From: an uncultured Planctomycetales bacterium
GTDB lineage: Bacteria > Planctomycetota > Planctomycetia > Pirellulales > Pirellulaceae
Direction: 5' to 3'
Assembly: GCA_963695565.1 (NCBI GenBank)
Contig: CAVOGW010000001.1
Span: 883,823-915,822 of the forward strand
Length of the DNA: 32,000 nt
A program made the position numbers and the translations under genes. Below the pieces are notes generated by a model, which had not been told where the DNA came from, searched no databases, and saw only the letters and a list, made by a program, of their open reading frames with translations. The stretch's first letter is position 1. Every line of letters starts with the position of its first letter. Positions 24,962 through 32,000 of this stretch are shown in pieces.

Positions 24962-26629
24962 CTACCGAATAATATTCGTGACCTCCTCGATCATTTGGTC
25001 GGCAACAGTAATCGATCGGGCGTTTGCCGAGAAACCACGTTGAGCGACGATCAGGCGGGTGAACTCGAAAGCCAGGTCGACATTGGAGGATTCGAGGTAG
25101 CCGGAAACCACACGTCCGCGACCTCCGGTGGTCGCGATTCCCATCTGCACTTGCCCGGAATTCACCGTGCTGATGAATTTATTTTCGCCCACAGCCTCGA
25201 GACCCTCGTTGTTAATCACGTGGGCCACGGCGAGTTGTGCCAGGGCAACCTGGCGTCCGTTAGTGCCCAGTCCCATGAGGGTGCCATCCTGCTGGATGGT
25301 GGCTGCGTAGAGCGTCCCGGCGGCGAAACCGTCGGCGAGCCCCAACGTAGACGATTCGTTCGCGGTTTGCGTAAGTCCGGAAAACCCGTCGACCCCGCCC
25401 AGCTGCAGCGACACCGTCTGAGCATTTGTTTGGCCGGTGGGGAGGATAGCCAGCGGCACGGAACGACTTCCGGTTGCCCCCACCTGCTGAAACGAACCAT
25501 CATCATTGAACACAATGTCACCGAGGTTGGAAATGGTGAGGCTACCATCGGCCGGGTCCAGGTCCAAGGCGACATTCCAGGTTTGGGGTGTGGCGAGCTT
25601 GGTGAAGGTCACATTCAACACATGTGAGCGACCGATGGCGTCAAAGAACTCGACTGGCGTGCGCACCACCTCGCCATCGGACCCCAGCGTCGTCGTGATC
25701 AAGGGGTGCTGCGCAAAGTTGGTTCCTCCCACGTTGCTCCCCGCGTCGCTAATGTCGAGCTGCAGCTGGGACGCCGCATCGCTGGAGGACGTCAGTTGTA
25801 AATTGCCATTGGAATCCAATTGGGCAGTGGCGCCGGAAAACGCACCGTTGATGGCATTGATCAGATCGCCCACTGTGGTCGTGCCGTCCACGTTCAGCGT
25901 ACTGTTGACGACCGTGCCATCGTGATCAACTCCGCTGAGTTGCAACATATCTCCGGCCTGGTAGGCGGACAGATTCGTATCCAGTGCGTTCAGCAAGGTT
26001 GCCAGGCTGACGGGAGCCGCGCCCGTCAGTAGCGGCGCAGCTGTTGTCTGGACCTCCGCGGTAGGTCCCGGCGCGTCGGCACTCAGGTTGCCCGTGACCT
26101 CAATGGAACTCGTCTCCGTGCCGAGCACCGTCGCGCCCAGGGGGACGCGAATGGCCGAATCCCCCGAAACCTGGAATCCCGGGTTCACGCCGTTCGATTC
26201 GCCTGTGGTACCGATCCGCACCACGTGACCGCCGGTCGCTTGATCGACCAGCATCTGGTCGGCGTCCAACCCAAACGTACCGGCCCGCGTCAACAGGTCA
26301 TTCGTGCCGTCGTTCACCACAAAAAATCCATCTCCTTCAATCGCAGCGTCAAACGCACCTCCCGTCAGTTCCAGGCTACTCTGATTGAAATTGCGGTCAA
26401 TCTGGCTGACGACGGCTCCGGTGCCGACTTGGGATGGATTGACACCGCCGAGATTTGTGGCCTGCCCGTTCGAGGCCGAGCGAAGTGTTTGGTAATAAAT
26501 GTCCGAAAACAGGACACGTTGCGATTTGTAGGCAGTCGTGTTCACGTTTGCCAGGTTGTTACCCGTGACGTCCAGCATCCGCTGATGAGCCAACAAACCC
26601 GACACTCCTGTCATTAAAGCGTAGAGCAT
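24962..26629 (-). CDS. flgE: Flagellar hook protein FlgE
   Basis: N-terminal rod/hook signature GVSGLLAHQRMLDVTGNNLANVNTTAYK. C-terminal signature YLESSNVDLAFEFTRLIVAQRGFSANARSITVADQMIEE. AAGGAA lies upstream of the ATG. Confidence 0.95.
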   Translation of the reverse strand: MLYALMTGVSGLLAHQRMLDVTGNNLANVNTTAYKSQRVLFSDIYYQTLRSASNGQATNLGGVNPSQVGTGAVVSQIDRNFNQSSLELTGGAFDAAIEGDGFFVVNDGTNDLLTRAGTFGLDADQMLVDQATGGHVVRIGTTGESNGVNPGFQVSGDSAIRVPLGATVLGTETSSIEVTGNLSADAPGPTAEVQTTAAPLLTGAAPVSLATLLNALDTNLSAYQAGDMLQLSGVDHDGTVVNSTLNVDGTTTVGDLINAINGAFSGATAQLDSNGNLQLTSSSDAASQLQLDISDAGSNVGGTNFAQHPLITTTLGSDGEVVRTPVEFFDAIGRSHVLNVTFTKLATPQTWNVALDLDPADGSLTISNLGDIVFNDDGSFQQVGATGSRSVPLAILPTGQTNAQTVSLQLGGVDGFSGLTQTANESSTLGLADGFAAGTLYAATIQQDGTLMGLGTNGRQVALAQLAVAHVINNEGLEAVGENKFISTVNSGQVQMGIATTGGRGRVVSGYLESSNVDLAFEFTRLIVAQRGFSANARSITVADQMIEEVTNIIR

Positions 26630-26686
26630 GCTCCGATTCCTTTTCTTTTCTGTTCTGGCGGTAGAGCCTGGTTGTTGTCTCCAAGC

Positions 26687-27058
26687 CTAGTTGACTGAGA
26701 TGATCTGATCCACGGAAACAGTCTTATCCCCGACATGCAGTTGCACATGGCCGTCAGCCACCGACACCCGTTCCACGGTCCCCTGCCCTTCGATGCCGTT
26801 AGGCTGTTGAAACCGCACGCTGCGCCCGGCGAAGTCGCTGCCCAGGCTGAGTTCCTGCATTTGCAACATTTCCCCTTGTAGCGCCACCATTTGTTCAAAC
26901 GACAGGTTGAGTTCCTCAACGCCCGAGAGCATGGAAACCTGAGTGACCTGATTGATAAATTCTTCCTGAGATACCGGCTCCAGCGGATCTTGATTTTGCA
27001 GCTGAGCGACAAGTAGCGTGAGATACTGGTCCTGCAGGGCGACTCCGTTTGTTTGCAT
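26687..27058 (-). CDS. flgD: Flagellar hook assembly/capping protein FlgD
   Basis: YLTLLVAQLQNQDPLEP is the FlgD signature. Size and position between fliK and flgE are as in other flagellar loci. Confidence 0.9.
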   Translation of the reverse strand: MQTNGVALQDQYLTLLVAQLQNQDPLEPVSQEEFINQVTQVSMLSGVEELNLSFEQMVALQGEMLQMQELSLGSDFAGRSVRFQQPNGIEGQGTVERVSVADGHVQLHVGDKTVSVDQIISVN

Positions 27059-27098
27059 CTAGATTCCTTTCTGCGATCAACCAATTGATTGTTACGTG

Positions 27099-28172
27099 TC
27101 AAGCCAGCACGTTCAGCCGTCCGCTCCACATCGCGGTCGCGCGTGCTCGCGGTTCAAGCGGTTCGTTGCTTGACGACTCGATGGCAGGGACTGGTCTGCC
27201 CCGTGATTCGTGTTGTTCGTGTTGTCCGTGGCTGAGACTGAATTCGGCCAGCGACACGCCCGCGTTTTGCAGCCAGAGCGCGGCATCGTCCATGGCCGCC
27301 GCGAGCGCCTGGTAGGCTGCCTCATTTTGGGCGATCAGGTGCGCGCGAAGTCCTTGTTGATCGTGGACCCGCAACACAATCCGTCCCAGCTCGGGAGAAT
27401 CGAGCGAGATGCGATAGCTGTGCGGGCGAGTCGCTGCCTCACCCGCGCGCTCGTCCAACGGCGAATTCAGATCGGAGTTGCCCGTGCTGGGGCTGAGGAA
27501 CGCGGGCTGAGACGCAGCATCGCGACTCGACAAAGTCGGCGTCCAGGGTGTGGGAGCCCCCTGCCCCGACCACTGGCCGGATGACTCGTCGCGAGCAGTT
27601 CCGGCGTTCGCGGATCCCGACTGCGGCTCACCTGCATTCCCTTCCGCATCGGCCGCCAGCTGCGGATCCGAATCCGTGAGCGTCCCGGCGTACCGCAGTC
27701 GAGCGAACGGTGCGTCTAGCGATGTCGCGTGGACGGACGGCGGCAAGTCGTCCCGGTTCAAGGCACCAGCCAGCGCGGCATCGACTTCGTGCGAACCCAT
27801 TTCGGTCAGGGAGCCGATCGCCTGATCTGACCGTGCAATGCTCTCAAGCAATTCACTGCAAGACGAGGGGACGTCCGCGGCAACCGTATCGCCGCCTTGG
27901 ACGGCGGTCGCCTGGCAGGCCGCGATTCCGCCCGAGTCATCCGAGGCGATCATGGCCAATTCCGTGGCCAGCACACCCAAGACACACGCCAGCTCTCGGT
28001 ATGGTTTTGGCGGTTCACCCGATCCCGATATCCCGTTCGGCGCGGCACCGGTCGCTTGGTTTTTAATCTGTGTTTCCGCCGTCGATTCCAACGTTGGGTC
28101 CACTGCGGTTTCCGACGTTGAGTTCTCCATGCACTCAGTGGGTCGTCCGTTAGTCTTGTTGCGGGGCGACAA
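27099..28172 (-). CDS. fliK: Flagellar hook-length control protein FliK (start uncertain: TTG 28172, ATG 28130, or a frame-shifted N-terminus from GTG 28387)
   Basis: C-terminal Flg_hook-type domain (LDSPELGRIVLRVHDQQGLRAHLIAQNEAAYQALAAAMDDAALWLQNAGVSLAEFSL). Low-complexity Ala/Ser/Pro-rich centre. Located immediately upstream of flgD-flgE. Confidence 0.75.
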   Translation of the reverse strand: MSPRNKTNGRPTECMENSTSETAVDPTLESTAETQIKNQATGAAPNGISGSGEPPKPYRELACVLGVLATELAMIASDDSGGIAACQATAVQGGDTVAADVPSSCSELLESIARSDQAIGSLTEMGSHEVDAALAGALNRDDLPPSVHATSLDAPFARLRYAGTLTDSDPQLAADAEGNAGEPQSGSANAGTARDESSGQWSGQGAPTPWTPTLSSRDAASQPAFLSPSTGNSDLNSPLDERAGEAATRPHSYRISLDSPELGRIVLRVHDQQGLRAHLIAQNEAAYQALAAAMDDAALWLQNAGVSLAEFSLSHGQHEQHESRGRPVPAIESSSNEPLEPRARATAMWSGRLNVLA

Positions 28173-28180
28173 GCCGGGCG

Positions 28181-28200
28181 CATCCGCGCGCGCGCGGATG
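28181..28200. repeat. Perfect 20-bp palindrome CATC(CG)6GATG
   Basis: Read directly: catccgcgcgcgcgcggatg equals its own reverse complement. Contains a (CG)6 dinucleotide tract at 28185-28196. Confidence 0.9.
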
Positions 28201-28519
28201 CGGACGCCTCTGGGTTGCCATGCGTTGGACGACCGGCGCCGTGCGTTGCCTCGCGCTCGAATTGAGAATAGGTATTGGTTCGGCGAGACGGAGCGTCGAT
28301 CGGCGCTGCCTGGGGCGGCGCTGTCAAGGTTGGCAGCGTCAGGTAGTCGCTGAACGAGTCTCGCTTCTCCCTCCGCCGTGGGATCACGTCATTACGACTT
28401 TCGGCGTCGGTCGCTCCGGACCGTGGCGACGTCGCGTCCGCGAAGAAAGCGGTGCTCAGCTATCGAGTGGGGCATCGGCGGGGAAAGACTCCAATGGAGA
28501 GGTGGGCGGACGGTTCATC

Positions 28520-28535
28520 AGCAACCCGCGTGCCG
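28520..28535 (-). promoter_or_regulatory. Candidate sigma-54 (-24/-12) promoter directed toward fliK-flgD-flgE
   Basis: The minus strand reads cGGCAC-GCGGG-TTGCt, matching TGGCAC-N5-TTGCW with exact GG-N10-GC spacing. It lies between the sigma-54 activator gene and fliK. Confidence 0.55.
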
Positions 28536-28935
28536 GACGCCGCTCCCGAGCAGGAAAATTGTCGCTGGCTCAGCCCAGGGGCACGCGACGGATGACAGAC
28601 GGACAACGAGACCTGCGAGATTTTCGCACCGAGTCGTGCGTTCGCGGGTTTCTCACAGAAACTCGTGCGCGTTGCAACGGACACTCGAATTTGTCGCGGG
28701 CCAAGGGGTCGGTAGCCTTGATGTGGAAATATTTTCCGAGGCGACCGGAAAAAGCGAGTCGCAAGACGGATTGGCCAAGTCGCTATGGGAGGCGACCAGC
28801 AGAGTGGACGATCCAGCGACTCGCTAGTCCGTCCAGCGCGTCGGACGGCTTACCCATCCGTGGAAAGCGATTGGGCCAAGACAACCTGCCTTGCGAATGG
28901 GCCAATATCCGTCCCACATGGTCCCCCGCACGCGC

Positions 28936-30084
28936 TCAAGCGGCACGCCCCCGCGGCTCTGCGCGATACAGGCTCAACTTATTTCGCAGTGTGCGTGACG
29001 AGATACCCAGCTCTTCCGCCGCAGCCTCCTTGATACCCTGGTTTCGGTGTAGGGCGCGAAATATCGCCTCACGCTCCATGTCACGCAGCGTCATGACCTG
29101 GTCGTGCAGCGCGGGTCGATCGCTGGAAGCTTGCTCGCACATCTCAAAGTCTTCCAGGCGTAGCACGGACGATTCGCTGACCACGCAGGCGCGATGCACC
29201 ACGTTGCGCAGTTGCCGGATATTGCCAGGCCACGGGTGCTGGATCAGCATGGCGAGCGCATCGCGATCGATACCCTGGATGGCGTGCATGGCTTCATCCC
29301 GGAATGTGGCGATAAAGTGCTGCACGAGCGCACGAATGTCCGCGCGGCGTTCGCGCAGCGGCGGTAGATGCAAGTGCAAAACGTTGAGCCGATAGTAGAG
29401 GTCCTCGCGAAATTTACCGTCGCGAATTTCTGCTTTCAGTTCACGGTTGGAGGTGGCAATGAATCTGGCCCGCAACGGCAGGCTTGTGTCGCGGCCCACC
29501 GGCTGGAATTCTTCCTCCTCGAGCACCCGCAGCAGTTTGGCTTGCAGCCCAAGGTCCATCTCGCTGATCTCATCCAACAGCACCGTCCCGTCGCCAGCGG
29601 CCGCCAGTCGACCCTGGCGGGCCTGCACGGCTCCCGTAAACGAGCCGCGCTCGTGACCGAATAATTCGCTCTCGATCAGAGGTGCCGGCAAAGCCGCACA
29701 GTTGATCCGGATGTAGGGCGATGACTGTCGTCGACTGTGATCGTGAATCCAACGCGCCAGGACTTCTTTGCCCGTACCGCTTTCTCCCGTTAACAGCACC
29801 GTCGCGGAGCTGTTGGCATAGCGTGTCGCCCTGCCCAGCAGGCTGATCATGGCCTGCGATGCGCCAATCGGTCGACGCGCCTTGCCGGTGGTCGACACAT
29901 CCAGCAGGCTTCGCAGGTCCTGCACATGATCCTGGATGTCAAAGCCAGCCGCCGCGCCGGTCCCGTTTCCTACCGGAACTACTTTCGCATCGTGTTGGCG
30001 GCCATCATGTTTCATGTTGTCGGGGCGTCGGGGCGTCGGGGCGTCAAAACCGCAAGTGTCATGATTATTGGTGAGCGCTGGCAC
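28936..30084 (-). CDS. Sigma-54-dependent transcriptional activator (bacterial enhancer-binding protein) without a recognisable N-terminal sensor/receiver domain
   Basis: AAA+ core with Walker A GESGTGKE, sigma-54 contact loop ESELFGHERGSFTGA (GAFTGA variant), Walker B LLDEI, and IRQLRN. C-terminal Fis-type HTH (EAAAEELGISSRTLRNKL). Only 60-80 aa precede the core. Alternative start at ATG 30015. Confidence 0.9.
   Translation of the reverse strand: MPALTNNHDTCGFDAPTPRRPDNMKHDGRQHDAKVVPVGNGTGAAAGFDIQDHVQDLRSLLDVSTTGKARRPIGASQAMISLLGRATRYANSSATVLLTGESGTGKEVLARWIHDHSRRQSSPYIRINCAALPAPLIESELFGHERGSFTGAVQARQGRLAAAGDGTVLLDEISEMDLGLQAKLLRVLEEEEFQPVGRDTSLPLRARFIATSNRELKAEIRDGKFREDLYYRLNVLHLHLPPLRERRADIRALVQHFIATFRDEAMHAIQGIDRDALAMLIQHPWPGNIRQLRNVVHRACVVSESSVLRLEDFEMCEQASSDRPALHDQVMTLRDMEREAIFRALHRNQGIKEAAAEELGISSRTLRNKLSLYRAEPRGRAA
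30019..30045. repeat. 8-bp tandem repeat, 3.4 x GTCGGGGC (minus strand GCCCCGAC)
   Basis: Units at 30019-30026, 30027-30034 and 30035-30042, plus GTC. Lies 3 nt upstream of ATG 30015 and inside the ORF if GTG 30084 is the start. Confidence 0.9.
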
Positions 30085-30466
30085 GCTGGTAAGCGGCTCG
30101 GGCCTGGTGGTCGCGGGCAGCCAGATTCATCAGTGGCGCGATTTGAGACTTGCTTTCCGCTGCGTTGTGCTCCATCGTCTGCACCACGCGCAGCAGCGAT
30201 TCGAGTGCTGTTTGTGCCTGATGCTTCCATTGGCGACACTCGGAGGAAGGCACAAAACCAGCAGACTGCCATTTGCGCAGAACGTTGGCGTATGTCTGTT
30301 GGTGCACGTCAATCGAATTCAGGACCTGTGTCAGCTCGACACAAGCCTCCCCGCGTACGTCCGATTGAACAAGTCGAGGTGCCAGCCGATTCAGGTCTTC
30401 CTCACATTTCGTGTAGTGTTGTGCCAGGATCTTCAGAGCGGCCACAATTTCAGCATGTTGTGTCAT
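30065..30466 (-). CDS. Small all-helical hypothetical protein (133 aa), loosely FlgN-like
   Basis: ATG start 2 nt after the upstream gene stop. Helix-rich sequence, with a layout (W-containing segment then N-rich helix, QSAGF, RQWKHQAQTALESLLRVVQTMEHNAAES) that loosely recalls FlgN chaperones. Assignment is weak. Confidence 0.6.
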   Translation of the reverse strand: MTQHAEIVAALKILAQHYTKCEEDLNRLAPRLVQSDVRGEACVELTQVLNSIDVHQQTYANVLRKWQSAGFVPSSECRQWKHQAQTALESLLRVVQTMEHNAAESKSQIAPLMNLAARDHQARAAYQRASAHQ

Positions 30467-30468
30467 GA

Positions 30469-31725
30469 TTATTTTTCCTGAGCCTTGTGATGATCGTCGA
30501 CGCGGCTCAGCACTAATTCCCAGCTGGCCATTTGTTCCTTGAGCGCCTTCTGTTCTTGAATCATTGACAGGTACCAGCGGGCCGTGGCCGCCAGATAAAA
30601 ATCCTTGCGCCCGGCGACGATGCGATAGTATTTCTCAGCCTGAGCGGTATTTCCCAGATTGCGATAGCAGCAGGCCAATTGGTACTGGTACCATAACTCG
30701 TCTTCGGTCCCGGGTGCGGCCTTGGCCAGTTCCGCATAGATCTGCAGGGCCAGTTTGTACTGTTTCGCGCCGAACAGGTTGTTGGCCAAAGACTCGCGAT
30801 CGACCGAATCGTCCACGATGGGGACGGCGGAGGTGACGATCGATTCCCTGTCGAGAAGTGGCTCGTGCGGCGACGAGCTGCCTGCCCGAGGAAATTTTCC
30901 AGGGGGGCTGGGCGTCGTGGCGTCCTCGAGCTGATCGAGGCTGTCGTCGTGGTGGATGGGTGTGGGTTCGACGGCTGGCGGCTCGGCTGCCACATTCAGT
31001 TCCTGGAATCGGCGCAGGGTTTCCTCGGCCGCCACGCGCGCCTGCTCAGCTTGTTGACGCGCGTCCTCCGCGACTTGTTCCGCACGACGTGCTCGACGTC
31101 GTTCCGCCTCCAACAATTTCTGATCTTGTTGGGCCCGTTCACGCATGGACTCGTTCGCCTGCCGTAGTTTTTGCAGGCCGCGTTGCAGGGAATCGAATTG
31201 GGTCGACTCGCGCTGTGCCGCCGAGGTCAACTCGCTGTTGATGGACTGCAGCATGGGCATGGGATCGATGGCGGACGCGTTCAGCCTGCTGCTCGCTGCC
31301 GCTTCCAGCTCTGTTTCGGGCGGTGCGGACGCCGGCAGGGGCACGGAGTCCACGCGGGGCTCGGGGAGATTGAAGGGCGCGTCCGCCGCATCGACCACGG
31401 GCACAAGAAAGGGATCTGAACTATCTGATTCTGCATGCGTGGGAAGTGTATCGTAGTCGGAATTCGGAAGATACGGAGCCGCCGGGTGGGGAACCAATTC
31501 GGGGGGCTCGGGTGCTGCCGGCCGGGACTGCGCACGTACCGCAGGCTGCCGAATGGCGGCAGTTTGCGCCACGCTCCGCCCCGCGGTCAGACTCAAGGCC
31601 AGGCAGCACGAGATCAGCAGCGTGTACCTGGTCAGCGGCAGCGACTCCTGCTGGAACAGCCCGTCGTGCTCCGCGCGTCGAGTCTTCGTCGTCTGATGTG
31701 ACTCTGGAAATGGCATCATGCTCAA
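30469..31725 (-). CDS. Secreted protein with a central Arg/Glu/Gln-rich coiled coil and C-terminal TPR-like repeats
   Basis: Signal/TM segment YTLLISCCLALSLTAGRSVA. Coiled coil QKLLEAERRRARRAEQVAEDARQQAEQARVAAEETLRRFQE. TPR-like YKLALQIYAELAKAAPGTEDELWYQYQLACCYRNLGNTAQAEKYY. Confidence 0.7.
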   Translation of the reverse strand: MSMMPFPESHQTTKTRRAEHDGLFQQESLPLTRYTLLISCCLALSLTAGRSVAQTAAIRQPAVRAQSRPAAPEPPELVPHPAAPYLPNSDYDTLPTHAESDSSDPFLVPVVDAADAPFNLPEPRVDSVPLPASAPPETELEAAASSRLNASAIDPMPMLQSINSELTSAAQRESTQFDSLQRGLQKLRQANESMRERAQQDQKLLEAERRRARRAEQVAEDARQQAEQARVAAEETLRRFQELNVAAEPPAVEPTPIHHDDSLDQLEDATTPSPPGKFPRAGSSSPHEPLLDRESIVTSAVPIVDDSVDRESLANNLFGAKQYKLALQIYAELAKAAPGTEDELWYQYQLACCYRNLGNTAQAEKYYRIVAGRKDFYLAATARWYLSMIQEQKALKEQMASWELVLSRVDDHHKAQEK

Positions 31726-32000
31726 CGTCCTTTCGTTTCCAGCGCGTGCTCTAACTCGGCGGCCCCGGCCTGTCCGGCGTGTGGCAGCATGCCCGCGAAA
31801 CAGAGCGCCGCATTATAGTGGTCACCCTGATGCTGGTAGGCCCGCCCCATCAGTTTCAGCACTTTGTGCAATATGTCCGCGGCCGGTTGCTCCTGCACCA
31901 GGTCACGACAGAGGGCCAGACAGGCTTCCGGTCGTTCTTCTTGAAGCTCTAACCTGGCCAGCTGTTCCATGGCGTCGTGTCGAAAATCGAACGGCGCGCC
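31722..32000 (-). CDS. TPR-like protein, C-terminal fragment (frame open to the right edge)
   Basis: CLALCRDLV, LKLMGRAYQHQGDHYNAALCF is TPR-like. The frame has no stop between 31970 and 32000. The stop overlaps the next gene start (ATGA at 31722-31725). Confidence 0.6.
   Translation of the reverse strand, partial: GAPFDFRHDAMEQLARLELQEERPEACLALCRDLVQEQPAADILHKVLKLMGRAYQHQGDHYNAALCFAGMLPHAGQAGAAELEHALETKGR

Noticed and set aside
26614-27129. 171-aa minus-strand ORF overlapping flgD
   Set aside because: It is in a different frame from the clearly recognisable FlgD, and its composition is Cys/Arg/Trp-rich and implausible.
28220-29395. 391-aa plus-strand ORF
   Set aside because: It is antisense to the well-supported sigma-54 activator gene and to non-coding DNA. 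Its composition is Arg/Ser/Cys-rich and nonsense-like, typical of a high-GC antisense ORF.

Overview
High-GC (about 57% by eye) chromosomal window. Protein sequences (S21, HisRS, flagellar proteins), very long structured intergenic regions and weak Shine-Dalgarno usage suggest Planctomycetota/Pirellulales; this is inference only. No rRNA, tRNA, CRISPR array, transposase, integrase or recognisable defence system was found, so I cannot point to one clear novel system.

Gene map, left to right:
- 3' end of an ABC1/UbiB kinase gene, a small hypothetical gene, and rpsU.
- A minus-strand string: nadC, then a 602-aa secreted Cys-rich/STN-like/TPR protein, then a YheT-like hydrolase. Both intercistronic gaps hold a 190/191-bp highly structured repeat (family A), tandem on one side and inverted on the other.
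- comEA-like gene plus uvrB (ATGA overlap), hisS, and a secreted amidohydrolase.
- A divergent photoprotection locus. Minus strand: CDA-type deaminase, amine-oxidase-like flavoprotein, FeS-BCP/(6-4) photolyase. Plus strand: tspO, then a class II CPD photolyase fused in frame to a renalase-like flavoprotein.
- Lipase-like hydrolase plus a small hypothetical gene, asnA, and a membrane-anchored thioredoxin-fold protein.
- About 1 kb of repeat-rich non-coding DNA.
- A minus-strand flagellar block: TPR protein, coiled-coil/TPR secreted protein, small helical protein, sensor-less sigma-54 activator, candidate sigma-54 promoter, fliK, flgD, flgE.

Most noteworthy observations:
1. Repeat family A, which has nested helices, a compensatory base-pair change in a solo copy, and inverted blocks bracketing one gene.
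2. The two-photolyase divergon, with its photolyase-flavoprotein fusion and an embedded deaminase.
3. The flagellar sigma-54 module, which carries an 8-bp tandem repeat at the activator start and a (CG)6 palindrome exactly where the fliK reading frame appears to switch.

Caution: three reading-frame breaks (tspO, the thioredoxin-fold gene, fliK) all sit at short G/C tracts. Assembly indel errors are the most economical explanation until read-level data say otherwise.
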